DNA of 64,000 nucleotides from contig JBBCJC010000002.1 of NCBI GenBank assembly GCA_037189525.1, positions 1,248,001-1,312,000 on the forward strand. The letters are read 5' to 3'. This document shows, one piece after another, positions 18,339-27,015 of this stretch. A program made the translations under genes and the position numbers. How positions within the stretch are numbered: position 1 is the stretch's first letter; each line of letters starts with the position of its first letter. The notes beneath the pieces were generated by a model, which worked only from the letters and a program-made list of their open reading frames with translations, had not been told where the DNA came from and ran no database searches. The stretch is from Gemmatimonadales bacterium. GTDB taxonomy: Bacteria > Gemmatimonadota > Gemmatimonadetes > Gemmatimonadales > GWC2-71-9.

Positions 18339-20927
18339 ATGCTCGTCCTCCTGCTCTTTCTGTTTCTGGCGACCCCCGTGGCCGCGCAGCATGCGCTGGC
18401 TCCCGAGGGTGGACGCTATGATCCCGCCGTTCCGACCCCCCGATCGGTTCTGGGGTATGAGGTCGGTGAACGCTTCACGCCTCACCACTTGTTGATGCGG
18501 TACCTGGAGCGGGTGGCGGCGTCGAGCCGGCGCGTCCGTCTCGATACGCTGGCGGTGACCTTCGGCGGCCGGGAAACGGTGATGGCAATCGTGACGAGCG
18601 AAGCCAACCATGCTCGGATGCCGGAGATCCGCGCAGCTGCCGAACGGATCGCCGAGCCGGTTGGCGCCTCGGATGCCGAGCTGGAGTCGACCCTGGGGCG
18701 GCTGCCCGCCATCGTCTTCCTGGCCTACACGGTGCACGGAGGCGAGGCGAGCGGGACCGAGGCGGCCATTGCCACCTTGTATCAGCTGGCGGCTGGGCAG
18801 GATGAAGAAGTCCGCCGTATCCTGGACAACACCGTCGTGCTGATCGATCCGCTCCAGAATCCCGACGGCCACGAACGACATGTCCAGCGCGTCTGGCGTT
18901 CGGCGTCACGGAGCGGACATCCAAACAGTCCGCTCGCCATGATCAACCAGAGCGACTGGCCCGGGCCGCGCACCAGCCACTATCAGTTCGATCTCAACCG
19001 CGACTGGTTCATTCAGTCGCATCCGGAGTCGCGGGGACGTGCCGGTGTGATTCACCGCTGGCGTCCGCACGTGGTGGCCGACCTGCACGAGATGGGCTCC
19101 AGTTCGAGTTACTTCTTTGCGCCGCCGATGGAGCCCGTCAACAAGAACGTGCCGCAGAAAATCAAGGACTGGTGGGACATCATCGCCAAGTCCAACGCGG
19201 CGGCCTTCGATCGATACGGACGGCCGTACTTCACGCGCGAAGGGTACGACGAGTTCTGGCCGGGGTACGGCGTGTCTTATCCGATCCTGACCGGTGCGGT
19301 CGGGATGACCTACGAGCAGGCCTCGAGCAGCGGCGGCCGGATCCGGCGTAATGACGGAACTGATCTGACCCTGCACACCGCGGCGTGGCAGCACTACCTC
19401 ACCTCGATGGCGACCCTGAGGGTCAGCGCCGAGCGTTCGCGTGATCTGGTGCGCGACTACCTGACCTTCCGGCGGACTGCTGTCACGGAATCCGAGCGCG
19501 CGGCGTTCCGGTATGTCGTGTTCGAGCGCGACGGCGAGGGACGCGCCGACTCGCTGGTTGCCTTGCTGGCCCGGAGCAACATCGCGGTGCAGCGGCTGAC
19601 CGGTCCGGTCGATGCGGCGGGCGCGACCCGCTACGGCGAGACCGCCGCGCGCGCTGCGCGGCTGCCGCAGGGGGGCTATGTCGTTGACCTGGCGCAGCCG
19701 CAGGGGCGCCTGGCGCGGGCGCTGCTCGAGCCCGATGCGGTCCTCGATTCCACCTTCATCCATGAGGAACTCGAGCGGCGGCGGACCGGTCAGCCGAGCC
19801 GCTTCTATGACGTCACGGGCTGGTCACTGCCGTTCACGTTCCGGGTCAATGCCTGGGCGCTTCGGGGTCCGTTGACCGAGCTCGAAGCGGCAACGTGGCT
19901 GGCGTCGTCGCCCTCGTCCGCGCGGACGGCGACCTTTGCCTATGCCTTTGCCCCTGGCAGTGAGACCAGCCTCCAGATGCTGGCCGGATTGTTGGCGGAC
20001 GGTGTCCGGGTTCGTTATGCGCGGTGGTCGTTCCGGGTCGGCAGCGATGCGTTTCCCCGCGGGGCCTTTCTCGTCCAGGTGGCGGCCAACGACAGCTCGG
20101 TGCATCAGCACGTTGCCAATCGGGCGGCGCAATCGGGCGCCCAGATCGTCCCGCTGGCGACGGCGCTGGTGGATGAAGGGACCGACCTGGGCAGTAACAG
20201 CGTGATTCCGGTGCGTCCGGTCCGGGTCGGGCTGGTTGGTGGGCAGGGCGTCAATGGTAACTCGTTCGGGTTTACCTGGTTTGCTCTGGATCAGCGGTTA
20301 CGGTATCCGGTCCTGACGGTCGAGGCGCGCCTGCTGCAGGCTGCGCTGGGTGAGCTCGATGTCGTCGTCATCCCCGGTGCGCAGAGCGGTGCGCTCGACG
20401 CCGCCCTGGGTGAAGCCGGGCGTACCGCGCTGGCTGCTTGGGTGCGAAACGGTGGCGTGCTGATCACACTCGAAGGTGCGACGGCGTGGCTGGCCCGCGA
20501 GTCGGTTGGTCTCTCTCGGCTTCGGATCCGCCCCGACTCGTCTGGTGCGGACGGGATGGCGCCGTTGCCCGTCAACGTACCAGGCGCCATCGTTCGCGCG
20601 ACGGCCGATACCCTGAGTCCGCTGCTGGCGGGGCTTGGCCAGACCGAGCTCCCGGTCATGGTGGATGGAAGCCTGGTCTTGACGCTACCGCGGAACCTAC
20701 GCCCTGGGGAGGCCGTCATCCAATACGCAGCTGCCGATAGGCTACGCATGGCGGGCTATCTCTGGCCCGAGGCGCCGGGGCGATTGGCGCGGACTCCGTA
20801 CCTCTGGACGGAGCGGGTGGGTAGCGGGCGGGTGATTGCTTTTGCTGGAGACCCGAACTTCCGCGATCTCTGGCGGGGTTTGCTCCCGATCTTCGGGAAC
20901 GCGGTACTGCTCGGCGGCAGTTACTGA
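18339..20927 (+). CDS. Secreted M14-family zinc carboxypeptidase
   Basis: Signal peptide, VHGGEASG, QNPDGHER, FDLNRDW, DLHEMG; C-terminal GATase-like domain. Confidence 0.9.
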   Translation: MLVLLLFLFLATPVAAQHALAPEGGRYDPAVPTPRSVLGYEVGERFTPHHLLMRYLERVAASSRRVRLDTLAVTFGGRETVMAIVTSEANHARMPEIRAAAERIAEPVGASDAELESTLGRLPAIVFLAYTVHGGEASGTEAAIATLYQLAAGQDEEVRRILDNTVVLIDPLQNPDGHERHVQRVWRSASRSGHPNSPLAMINQSDWPGPRTSHYQFDLNRDWFIQSHPESRGRAGVIHRWRPHVVADLHEMGSSSSYFFAPPMEPVNKNVPQKIKDWWDIIAKSNAAAFDRYGRPYFTREGYDEFWPGYGVSYPILTGAVGMTYEQASSSGGRIRRNDGTDLTLHTAAWQHYLTSMATLRVSAERSRDLVRDYLTFRRTAVTESERAAFRYVVFERDGEGRADSLVALLARSNIAVQRLTGPVDAAGATRYGETAARAARLPQGGYVVDLAQPQGRLARALLEPDAVLDSTFIHEELERRRTGQPSRFYDVTGWSLPFTFRVNAWALRGPLTELEAATWLASSPSSARTATFAYAFAPGSETSLQMLAGLLADGVRVRYARWSFRVGSDAFPRGAFLVQVAANDSSVHQHVANRAAQSGAQIVPLATALVDEGTDLGSNSVIPVRPVRVGLVGGQGVNGNSFGFTWFALDQRLRYPVLTVEARLLQAALGELDVVVIPGAQSGALDAALGEAGRTALAAWVRNGGVLITLEGATAWLARESVGLSRLRIRPDSSGADGMAPLPVNVPGAIVRATADTLSPLLAGLGQTELPVMVDGSLVLTLPRNLRPGEAVIQYAAADRLRMAGYLWPEAPGRLARTPYLWTERVGSGRVIAFAGDPNFRDLWRGLLPIFGNAVLLGGSY

Positions 20928-20947
20928 CGATACCGGTTGGGAAGAGG

Positions 20948-20981
20948 AATCGCCGTCGGCCTGTGCCGGCGGCGATTTTTT
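20948..20981 (+). terminator. Rho-independent terminator
   Basis: AATCGCCGTCGGC-CTGT-GCCGGCGGCGATT followed by a T run. Confidence 0.85.
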
Positions 20982-21085
20982 CATTTCAGAATCGGCCAGC
21001 CGTTTCTCGCCTACCTATTCGCTATCGTAGGGTCAACACGTCGAACGCGATATGTCGAATGAGGTATGACAACGAAGGTGACGGC

Positions 21086-21664
21086 TCATTGCGGAGACCG
21101 CCGAAAGTCGCTGCGGACGAGCTTGTCGAGGAGCAACTGCGCTGCGGGAGCTCGGACTCCGCCCTGGGAATAGAGCGATCTGAGCGCCTGTTCCCCTTCC
21201 GGTCCGGCCATCGTAAGGAGCCCCACGGCTTGTCGCTGCAGGCGGTCGCTCGTACCTCGGGGTACTGGGCCGCTGCCAGTATGAGGTGTCGGGGCCTCAC
21301 GTGCGGCCTCCATGAGGAAGGCGATGGCTTCTGGACGCTCTGCTTGCGTTAGCATCAACCCGAGGGTCGAGAACCGTAGTGATTGATCGTTGGAGCGGAA
21401 GTATATACCCCGTAATCGCGCCACAATACCACGATTGACTGGCGGAGATCCCTCGGTGCGCAGGCCGTAGTCAATCGCGATTTTGATAACTGCTCGCATT
21501 CGCTCGTCCCGACTAACAGTTGAAGTTGCAACGTGATCCAGGCTGTCCAGGCGCCGGATCGCGTCCTTCGTATCCAGTGGCACCTGGCCCTCGAGCTGCC
21601 GGCCATGGCTCGTGATTACCGCAAGAAGCGCGAGACTTATGATGAATTTCTTCAATTGGCGCAT
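21086..21664 (-). CDS. Hypothetical exported protein
   Basis: Fills the gap after glnS; signal-peptide-like start MRQLKKFIISLALLAVI; visibly lower GC than neighbours. Confidence 0.55.
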   Translation of the reverse strand: MRQLKKFIISLALLAVITSHGRQLEGQVPLDTKDAIRRLDSLDHVATSTVSRDERMRAVIKIAIDYGLRTEGSPPVNRGIVARLRGIYFRSNDQSLRFSTLGLMLTQAERPEAIAFLMEAAREAPTPHTGSGPVPRGTSDRLQRQAVGLLTMAGPEGEQALRSLYSQGGVRAPAAQLLLDKLVRSDFRRSPQ

Positions 21665-21787
21665 CGTCGACGCAATCGGGCCGGGTAAACCGGCCCACAA
21701 TCTGTTCATCGAAGGGTCCAACAGCGTCGTCACATTTACGTTCGGGCCAGCACTGAATTCCGGATTGTAGTAGCGATCGGACTCAGG

Positions 21788-23470
21788 TTAGAGACGGTTC
21801 AATTCCTTCTTCCACTGGTCCTTGAGTGTGACCGTGCGGTTGAAGACCAGTTTTGCAGCAGTCGAATCCATCTCGTCCGAGATGAAGTATCCCGTTCTCT
21901 CGAACTGATAGCGGGTGCCGGGCGGGTCGTTGGCCACGCTGGGCTCGATCTTGGCGCCTTCGACCGTGACGAGAGAATTCGGATTGAGCAGGGTGGTAAA
22001 GTCCTGCTCGTCGTCGGCTTCGGGGTCTGCGACCGTGAAGAGCGGCTCGTACAGGCGCAGTTCACAGTCGAGCGCATGTGCAGCAGAGACCCAGTGGATG
22101 GTGCCCTGCACCTTGCGGCCGTCCGGGGCGTTCCCGCCACGGGTTTCCGGGTCGTAGGTGCAATGCAATTCGACCACCTCGCCGGCTGCGTTCTTGATCA
22201 CGTCGGTGCAGGTGATCAGGTAACCGTAGCGGAGCCGCACCTCGCGGCCGGGCGCCAGGCGGAAAAACTTCCGCGGCGGATCCTCCATGAAATCATCGCG
22301 CTCGACGTAGATCTCCCGCGAGAACGGCACCATACGGGTGCCGGTTTTGGGCACGTCGTGCGGGTAGTACGAGGCTTCCAGCTCCTCGCTCTGCCCCGCG
22401 GGGTAGTTAGTGAGCACCACCTTGAGCGGATTGACGACGCAGAGCACCCGCGGTACCCGCATGTTGAGATCGTTCCGTACGGCATGCTCGTACGCGGCCA
22501 GTTCGGTCCGCGCATCCTTCCGGGCGACACCCACGGCCTCACAAAAATCGCGGATCGCCTCGGGGGTCACGCCGCGGCGGCGGATACCTGCCAGGGTGGG
22601 CATCCGGGGATCGTCCCAGCCCGTGACGTGGCCTTCATTGACGAGGCGCAGCAGCTTCCGCTTGCTGACTACGGTGTAGTCGAGCTGGAGCCGTGCAAAC
22701 TCCGTCTGCTCGGGCGGCCGGACGAAATCGAGTTCGCGGAGCAGCCAATCGTAGATCTCCCGGTTGTCCTTGAACTCGAGCGTGCAGAGCGAGTGGGTGA
22801 TGCCCTCGATGGCGTCCGACAGGCCATGCGCGAAGTCGTAGAGCGGGTAGATGCGCCAGGCATCGCCGCGCCGGTAGTGATGCGCGTGGCGGATCCGGAT
22901 CAGCACCGGATCGCGCATGATCATATTGGGGTGCGCCAGATCGATCCGGGCGCGCAGGACATGGGCGCCGTCAGGGAACTCCCCCGCCTTCATGCGCGCC
23001 AGCAGGTCCAGATTCTCTACAACCGACCGATCGCGGAATGGCCCGGGCGTGCCCGGCGTCGTGACCGTGCCCCGGTTGGTCCGGATCTCCTCTTCGGTCT
23101 GGCTGTCGACGTAGGCTTTGCCCTTCTCGATCAGCCGGACGGCGAACTCGTAGAGCTGCTCGAAATAATCGCTCGCGTATCGCTCCTCGTCCCATTCGAA
23201 GCCGAGCCAGCGGACATCCCGTTTGATGGCCTCGACGTAGCGGAGGTCCTCGGTAAACGGATTGGTGTCGTCGAACCGCAGGTTGACGATTCCGCCGAAC
23301 TCGCGGGCAATCCCGAAGTTGAGGCAGATCGACTTGGCGTGCCCGATATGTGGATAGCCGTTCGGCTCGGGCGGGAAGCGGGTCGCGATCCGGCGGCCAA
23401 ATCGATTACTGGCCGCATCGTCGGCAACCATCTCACGAATGAAATCCCGGCGAGGCGATTCCTGGGTCAC
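21788..23470 (-). CDS. glnS: Glutamine--tRNA ligase
   Basis: TRFPPEPNGYPHIGHAKSICLNFG, ITHSLCTLEF, VSKRKL, WDDPRMPT, YQFERTGYF; GTG start assumed at VTQES. Confidence 0.96.
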   Translation of the reverse strand: MTQESPRRDFIREMVADDAASNRFGRRIATRFPPEPNGYPHIGHAKSICLNFGIAREFGGIVNLRFDDTNPFTEDLRYVEAIKRDVRWLGFEWDEERYASDYFEQLYEFAVRLIEKGKAYVDSQTEEEIRTNRGTVTTPGTPGPFRDRSVVENLDLLARMKAGEFPDGAHVLRARIDLAHPNMIMRDPVLIRIRHAHHYRRGDAWRIYPLYDFAHGLSDAIEGITHSLCTLEFKDNREIYDWLLRELDFVRPPEQTEFARLQLDYTVVSKRKLLRLVNEGHVTGWDDPRMPTLAGIRRRGVTPEAIRDFCEAVGVARKDARTELAAYEHAVRNDLNMRVPRVLCVVNPLKVVLTNYPAGQSEELEASYYPHDVPKTGTRMVPFSREIYVERDDFMEDPPRKFFRLAPGREVRLRYGYLITCTDVIKNAAGEVVELHCTYDPETRGGNAPDGRKVQGTIHWVSAAHALDCELRLYEPLFTVADPEADDEQDFTTLLNPNSLVTVEGAKIEPSVANDPPGTRYQFERTGYFISDEMDSTAAKLVFNRTVTLKDQWKKELNRL

Positions 23471-23701
23471 GGGTGTATCCGCATGGGTTGAGGTTCGGTT
23501 GATGAGAGTTCGCAAAATACACCGGTCGGCCGGCTTTTTGTTGCTCGGGCGGACATCGGCTCCAAGCGTAGGGCCTCCCAGGCTCTGCTTCCGGTAACAG
23601 CCTGGTGCGTTGCTTTCGGAAAGGTGGATAGGGTCGGGATAGGAACGGCCGCGAGGCGCAAGCGGATCGGGAGGGCAACGCCGCGAGGTTTCCGGGAGAG
23701 C

Positions 23702-23719
23702 CAATTGTCGCGACAATTG
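23702..23719. promoter_or_regulatory. Perfect 18-bp palindrome, putative operator
   Basis: CAATTGTCGCGACAATTG in the divergent glnS-mscS spacer. Confidence 0.55.
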
Positions 23720-23883
23720 AGTTGGTCCCGGGACACGACGTTTCCACAGCGCTCGGATCGTGAGATGGCATGACGATGTGATCACGACAGCGGTTGCCTG
23801 CCGCAACGGATCGTAGTACCCTGTGCCGAGCTCGAGTTCGGCTCGATCGCTCGGGAGCGATTCGTTGTGAGGGAGCAGATGAT

Positions 23884-25164
23884 ATGATAGCCAAGTTGAT
23901 GCCGTGGATTCACGAATTCCTGGTTCGGATCGGACTGCCGCCGGACATGGTGGCCATCGGAAACACGATTGCCGGTGTTCTCCTGTTGGCCATCCTTGCG
24001 TGGCTTGCGAATCTCGTGGCCAAGAAGGTCATTCTGCGCGTCGTGAGCGCCGTCATCGCCCGGACTCAGTTCCGGTGGGATGATGCGTTGCTCGAGGCCG
24101 GGGTCTTCACCCGGTTGTCGCACTTGGCTCCGGCGATCGTGATCAACGCTTTCGGCAGTGACGTCCTGGGAGCCAGCCCAGAGGTCTTGGCCGGCCTGCG
24201 CAGTGCCGTGACCATCTACCTGACCTTCATCTGGCTTGCGGTAGTCTTCGCGGCGATCGACGCGATGCAGCTGATCGCCAGCCGGTCCGGGCACGCCGAG
24301 CGGGTCCCGGTCAAGGGGTTTGGCCAGGCGATCAAGCTGATCGCGGCACTGGTCGGTGTGATCATCGTGCTGGCCGCGCTGCTCGACAAATCGCCCGTCT
24401 ACCTGCTGTCGGGGCTTGGTGCGCTGACGGCCGTCCTGCTGCTGGTGTTCCGGGACGCCATTCTGGGATTCGTGGCGGGAATTCTTCTGTCGGTCAACCG
24501 GATGGTGCAGGTGGGCGACTGGATCGAGATGCCCAAGGCGGGCGCCGATGGCGATGTCATCGACGTCTCCCTCACGACCGTCAAGGTCCGGAACTGGGAC
24601 AAGACGATCACGACGATCCCCACCTATACCATGATTTCGGACTCGTTCAAGAACTGGCGGGGGATGTTCGAGTCGGGCGGGCGCCGGATCAAGCGGGCGC
24701 TCAATATCGATATGCGCTCGGTGCGCTTCGCGACGAACGAGATGATTACCCGATGGAGCCGGATCGACCTGCTCACGCAGTATCTGGTCGATAAGCAGGG
24801 GGAGATCGAGGAGGAAAACCGCCGACAGGGCACCGATCTGTCGATCCTCGGTAACGGGCGCCGGATTACCAATCTCGGCACCTTCCGCGCCTACTGCATC
24901 GCCTATCTTCGCGCCGATTCACGCATCCATCAGGATATGACGTTTCTCGTTCGCCAGCTTGCGCCCACGGAGCACGGCATTCCCCTCGAGATCTACGTCT
25001 TTACCAACGACACGCGCTGGGCGGTGTACGAGGGGATTCAGGCCGACATCTTCGACCACCTCCTGGCGGTCATTCCCGAATTCGATCTCCACGTCTTTCA
25101 GGACCCGTCCGGACGCGACGTGGGGCAAGGCGTCGAGGAGCTGCGCAGGGCGCCGGCGGTTTGA
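23884..25164 (+). CDS. MscS-family mechanosensitive channel (YbdG/MscM-like)
   Basis: LLLVFRDAILGFVAG, GDWIEMPKAGADGDV, TVKVRNWDKTITTIP, SGGRRIKR, YEGIQADIFDH. Confidence 0.93.
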   Translation: MIAKLMPWIHEFLVRIGLPPDMVAIGNTIAGVLLLAILAWLANLVAKKVILRVVSAVIARTQFRWDDALLEAGVFTRLSHLAPAIVINAFGSDVLGASPEVLAGLRSAVTIYLTFIWLAVVFAAIDAMQLIASRSGHAERVPVKGFGQAIKLIAALVGVIIVLAALLDKSPVYLLSGLGALTAVLLLVFRDAILGFVAGILLSVNRMVQVGDWIEMPKAGADGDVIDVSLTTVKVRNWDKTITTIPTYTMISDSFKNWRGMFESGGRRIKRALNIDMRSVRFATNEMITRWSRIDLLTQYLVDKQGEIEEENRRQGTDLSILGNGRRITNLGTFRAYCIAYLRADSRIHQDMTFLVRQLAPTEHGIPLEIYVFTNDTRWAVYEGIQADIFDHLLAVIPEFDLHVFQDPSGRDVGQGVEELRRAPAV

Positions 25165-25201
25165 CGTTCTTTGCCAGCATCCGCAGCTGAGTCCTCGGCA
25201 C

Positions 25202-25630
25202 TTACCGGATGTCGACAGACGCGGACGGCATCCCCAGGATCTCCGGGCCGTTTGCATCCACCGAAAAGCGGGGCCGGATCCGATAGCTGCCGGCCGTACC
25301 CGGGACGCTGACGGCTCCGGCCAGCGTATTGCCCGCAGCCAGCGGAAGCGGGGTGGTGGGGAGGACGGCAAGGCAGAATCCGCTGGCGTAGGTTTCCCAG
25401 CCGCTGCCGGTCGTGTGCTCGACGACGACGCGTGCCTGATCGCCGCAGGCAGACACGAACACCGGGGCCGCACTGCGGTTGGTGAGCGTGAACGGAATCG
25501 TCATGCTCTGACCGTCTCGCGAGACCGCTGCCTGATCGGGCGTGACCACGAGGGCCGCTTCGGGCGGGGCAATCGGGTCGCTGCAGGCCGTCGCCAGGAA
25601 CAGGAGGCCAACCGTGGGGATCGAACGCAT
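25202..25630 (-). CDS. Hypothetical lipoprotein (Ig-like, two internal Cys)
   Basis: LFLATAC lipobox; beta-rich sequence. Confidence 0.7.
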   Translation of the reverse strand: MRSIPTVGLLFLATACSDPIAPPEAALVVTPDQAAVSRDGQSMTIPFTLTNRSAAPVFVSACGDQARVVVEHTTGSGWETYASGFCLAVLPTTPLPLAAGNTLAGAVSVPGTAGSYRIRPRFSVDANGPEILGMPSASVDIR

Positions 25631-25757
25631 CCGAACCTCCGATCATGGGAGGATATGGTCCCGCCGGGCGTGACGCGAGTGCTCGCCTCTGGGGATCGTC
25701 ACTGATATGGGCCGGCACGCGAGGACGTGCTGCCGATCCGACACGCGCCCGCAGTGA

Positions 25758-26177
25758 TTACCCGGACAGCCTGCCGTCATCGTGGTTGTTGGCTCTCGTT
25801 GCGGGCATTAGTGAGCCTGAGCGGCGCTGCCGCCGGAACACGTACCAGTAGAGGGCCAGGTTGAGCGCCAGCAGAAACACGCCGAGTGCGATCTGAATGG
25901 TGCGGGTCAGGCCGTCGGGGTAGATGAGCGGTGTGAGGTAATGCTCGATGAATCCCCCGCTGTACCCACTCTCACCCGCACGGCGCCGGAAGTAGTTCTC
26001 CAGCGGCGTCAGCGGACAGGTGAAGTTGCCCCACCCGACGATCACGCCCCAGGCCGTCAGCGGGAGATGGAGCCAGGCGAGCCGCGGCCAGCGGAGCAGG
26101 AGCAGCGCGCCCACGCCGACGAAGACAATGAACGCGAGGTGGACGAGCAGGGTCAGGTCGGCCAGGATCCGCATCAT
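25758..26177 (-). CDS. DUF2784 membrane protein
   Basis: LADLTLLVHLAFIVFV, WLHLP, CPLTPLEN, GFIEHYL.PLIYP. Confidence 0.9.
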   Translation of the reverse strand: MMRILADLTLLVHLAFIVFVGVGALLLLRWPRLAWLHLPLTAWGVIVGWGNFTCPLTPLENYFRRRAGESGYSGGFIEHYLTPLIYPDGLTRTIQIALGVFLLALNLALYWYVFRRQRRSGSLMPATRANNHDDGRLSG

Positions 26178-26195
26178 GGGGCGACCGTGCCGGAG

Positions 26196-26996
26196 TCAGG
26201 GTACCTGCGTACCAGGCGGACGATTCAGCTTGAGCTCGAACAGGCGCGGCCACCGCTTGCCCGTGACGTAGAGATGGCCGGTTGCCTCGTCGAATGCGAT
26301 CCCGTTCAGCACGTTGTCGTCGGTATCTCGGGCGCTGAATCCGGAGAGGAGCCGCCCCAGATCGAGGATGTCGGTGACGCGTCCCGAGACCGGGTCGATC
26401 CTGAGGATCCAATCACTCTGATACACATTGGCGAACAACTCGCCGCGGATATACTCGAGTTCGTTGAGCTTGCTCACGGCCTCGCTCGATGCGAAGCGGA
26501 CGGCGACGGTTTTCTGCACGGCAAACGTGGCCGGATCGAGGAACCGGATCGTGTCGCCGCCGTCGGTCATGATGAGCGAGGTGCCATCGGTGGTGAGGCC
26601 CCATCCCTCGCCCGGGTACGCGATCGAGTCGATCAGGCGGAAGGTGGCCTGGTCGTAGACGTACGCGATGTTGGACTGCCAGGTGAGCTGATAGAGCTTG
26701 CCGCCGAGTGCGGTCAGACCCTCGCCGAAACGGTTCGCGGGGAGCGCGATGCGTTCCAGGACCGCGCCGGTCTTCAGGGCGACCTTCCGCAGCTCCGACT
26801 GCCCGTAGACCCCGGTCGACTCGAAGAGCGTGCCGTCTGTGTGGCGGATGAGCCCCTGGGTGTATGCCGTCGTGTCATGGGGGTACTCCGCGACGACGGT
26901 GTACCCCCGCGGCGCGGCTGGCGGGGCAGCCCGTGCGGCGCAACCGTGGAGCGAAACGAATCCCAGAAGTAGCGCGGATAGTCGGATCGGCGGCAT
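26196..26996 (-). CDS. Glutaminyl-peptide cyclotransferase (plant/bacterial beta-propeller type), probable lipoprotein
   Basis: YPHD..AYTQGL, ESTG.YG.S, FGEG, YQLTW, EGWGLT, LNELEY, NVLNGIA, VTGKRWP; lipobox-like SLHGC. Confidence 0.93.
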   Translation of the reverse strand: MPPIRLSALLLGFVSLHGCAARAAPPAAPRGYTVVAEYPHDTTAYTQGLIRHTDGTLFESTGVYGQSELRKVALKTGAVLERIALPANRFGEGLTALGGKLYQLTWQSNIAYVYDQATFRLIDSIAYPGEGWGLTTDGTSLIMTDGGDTIRFLDPATFAVQKTVAVRFASSEAVSKLNELEYIRGELFANVYQSDWILRIDPVSGRVTDILDLGRLLSGFSARDTDDNVLNGIAFDEATGHLYVTGKRWPRLFELKLNRPPGTQVP

Positions 26997-27015
26997 GGCA
27001 GTCTCGGCTAGGCGT

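Noticed and set aside
23471..23806. N-terminal extension of GlnRS, or a T-box leader
   Set aside because: The extension has no protein-like features before DFIRE, and no T-box consensus was recognised.
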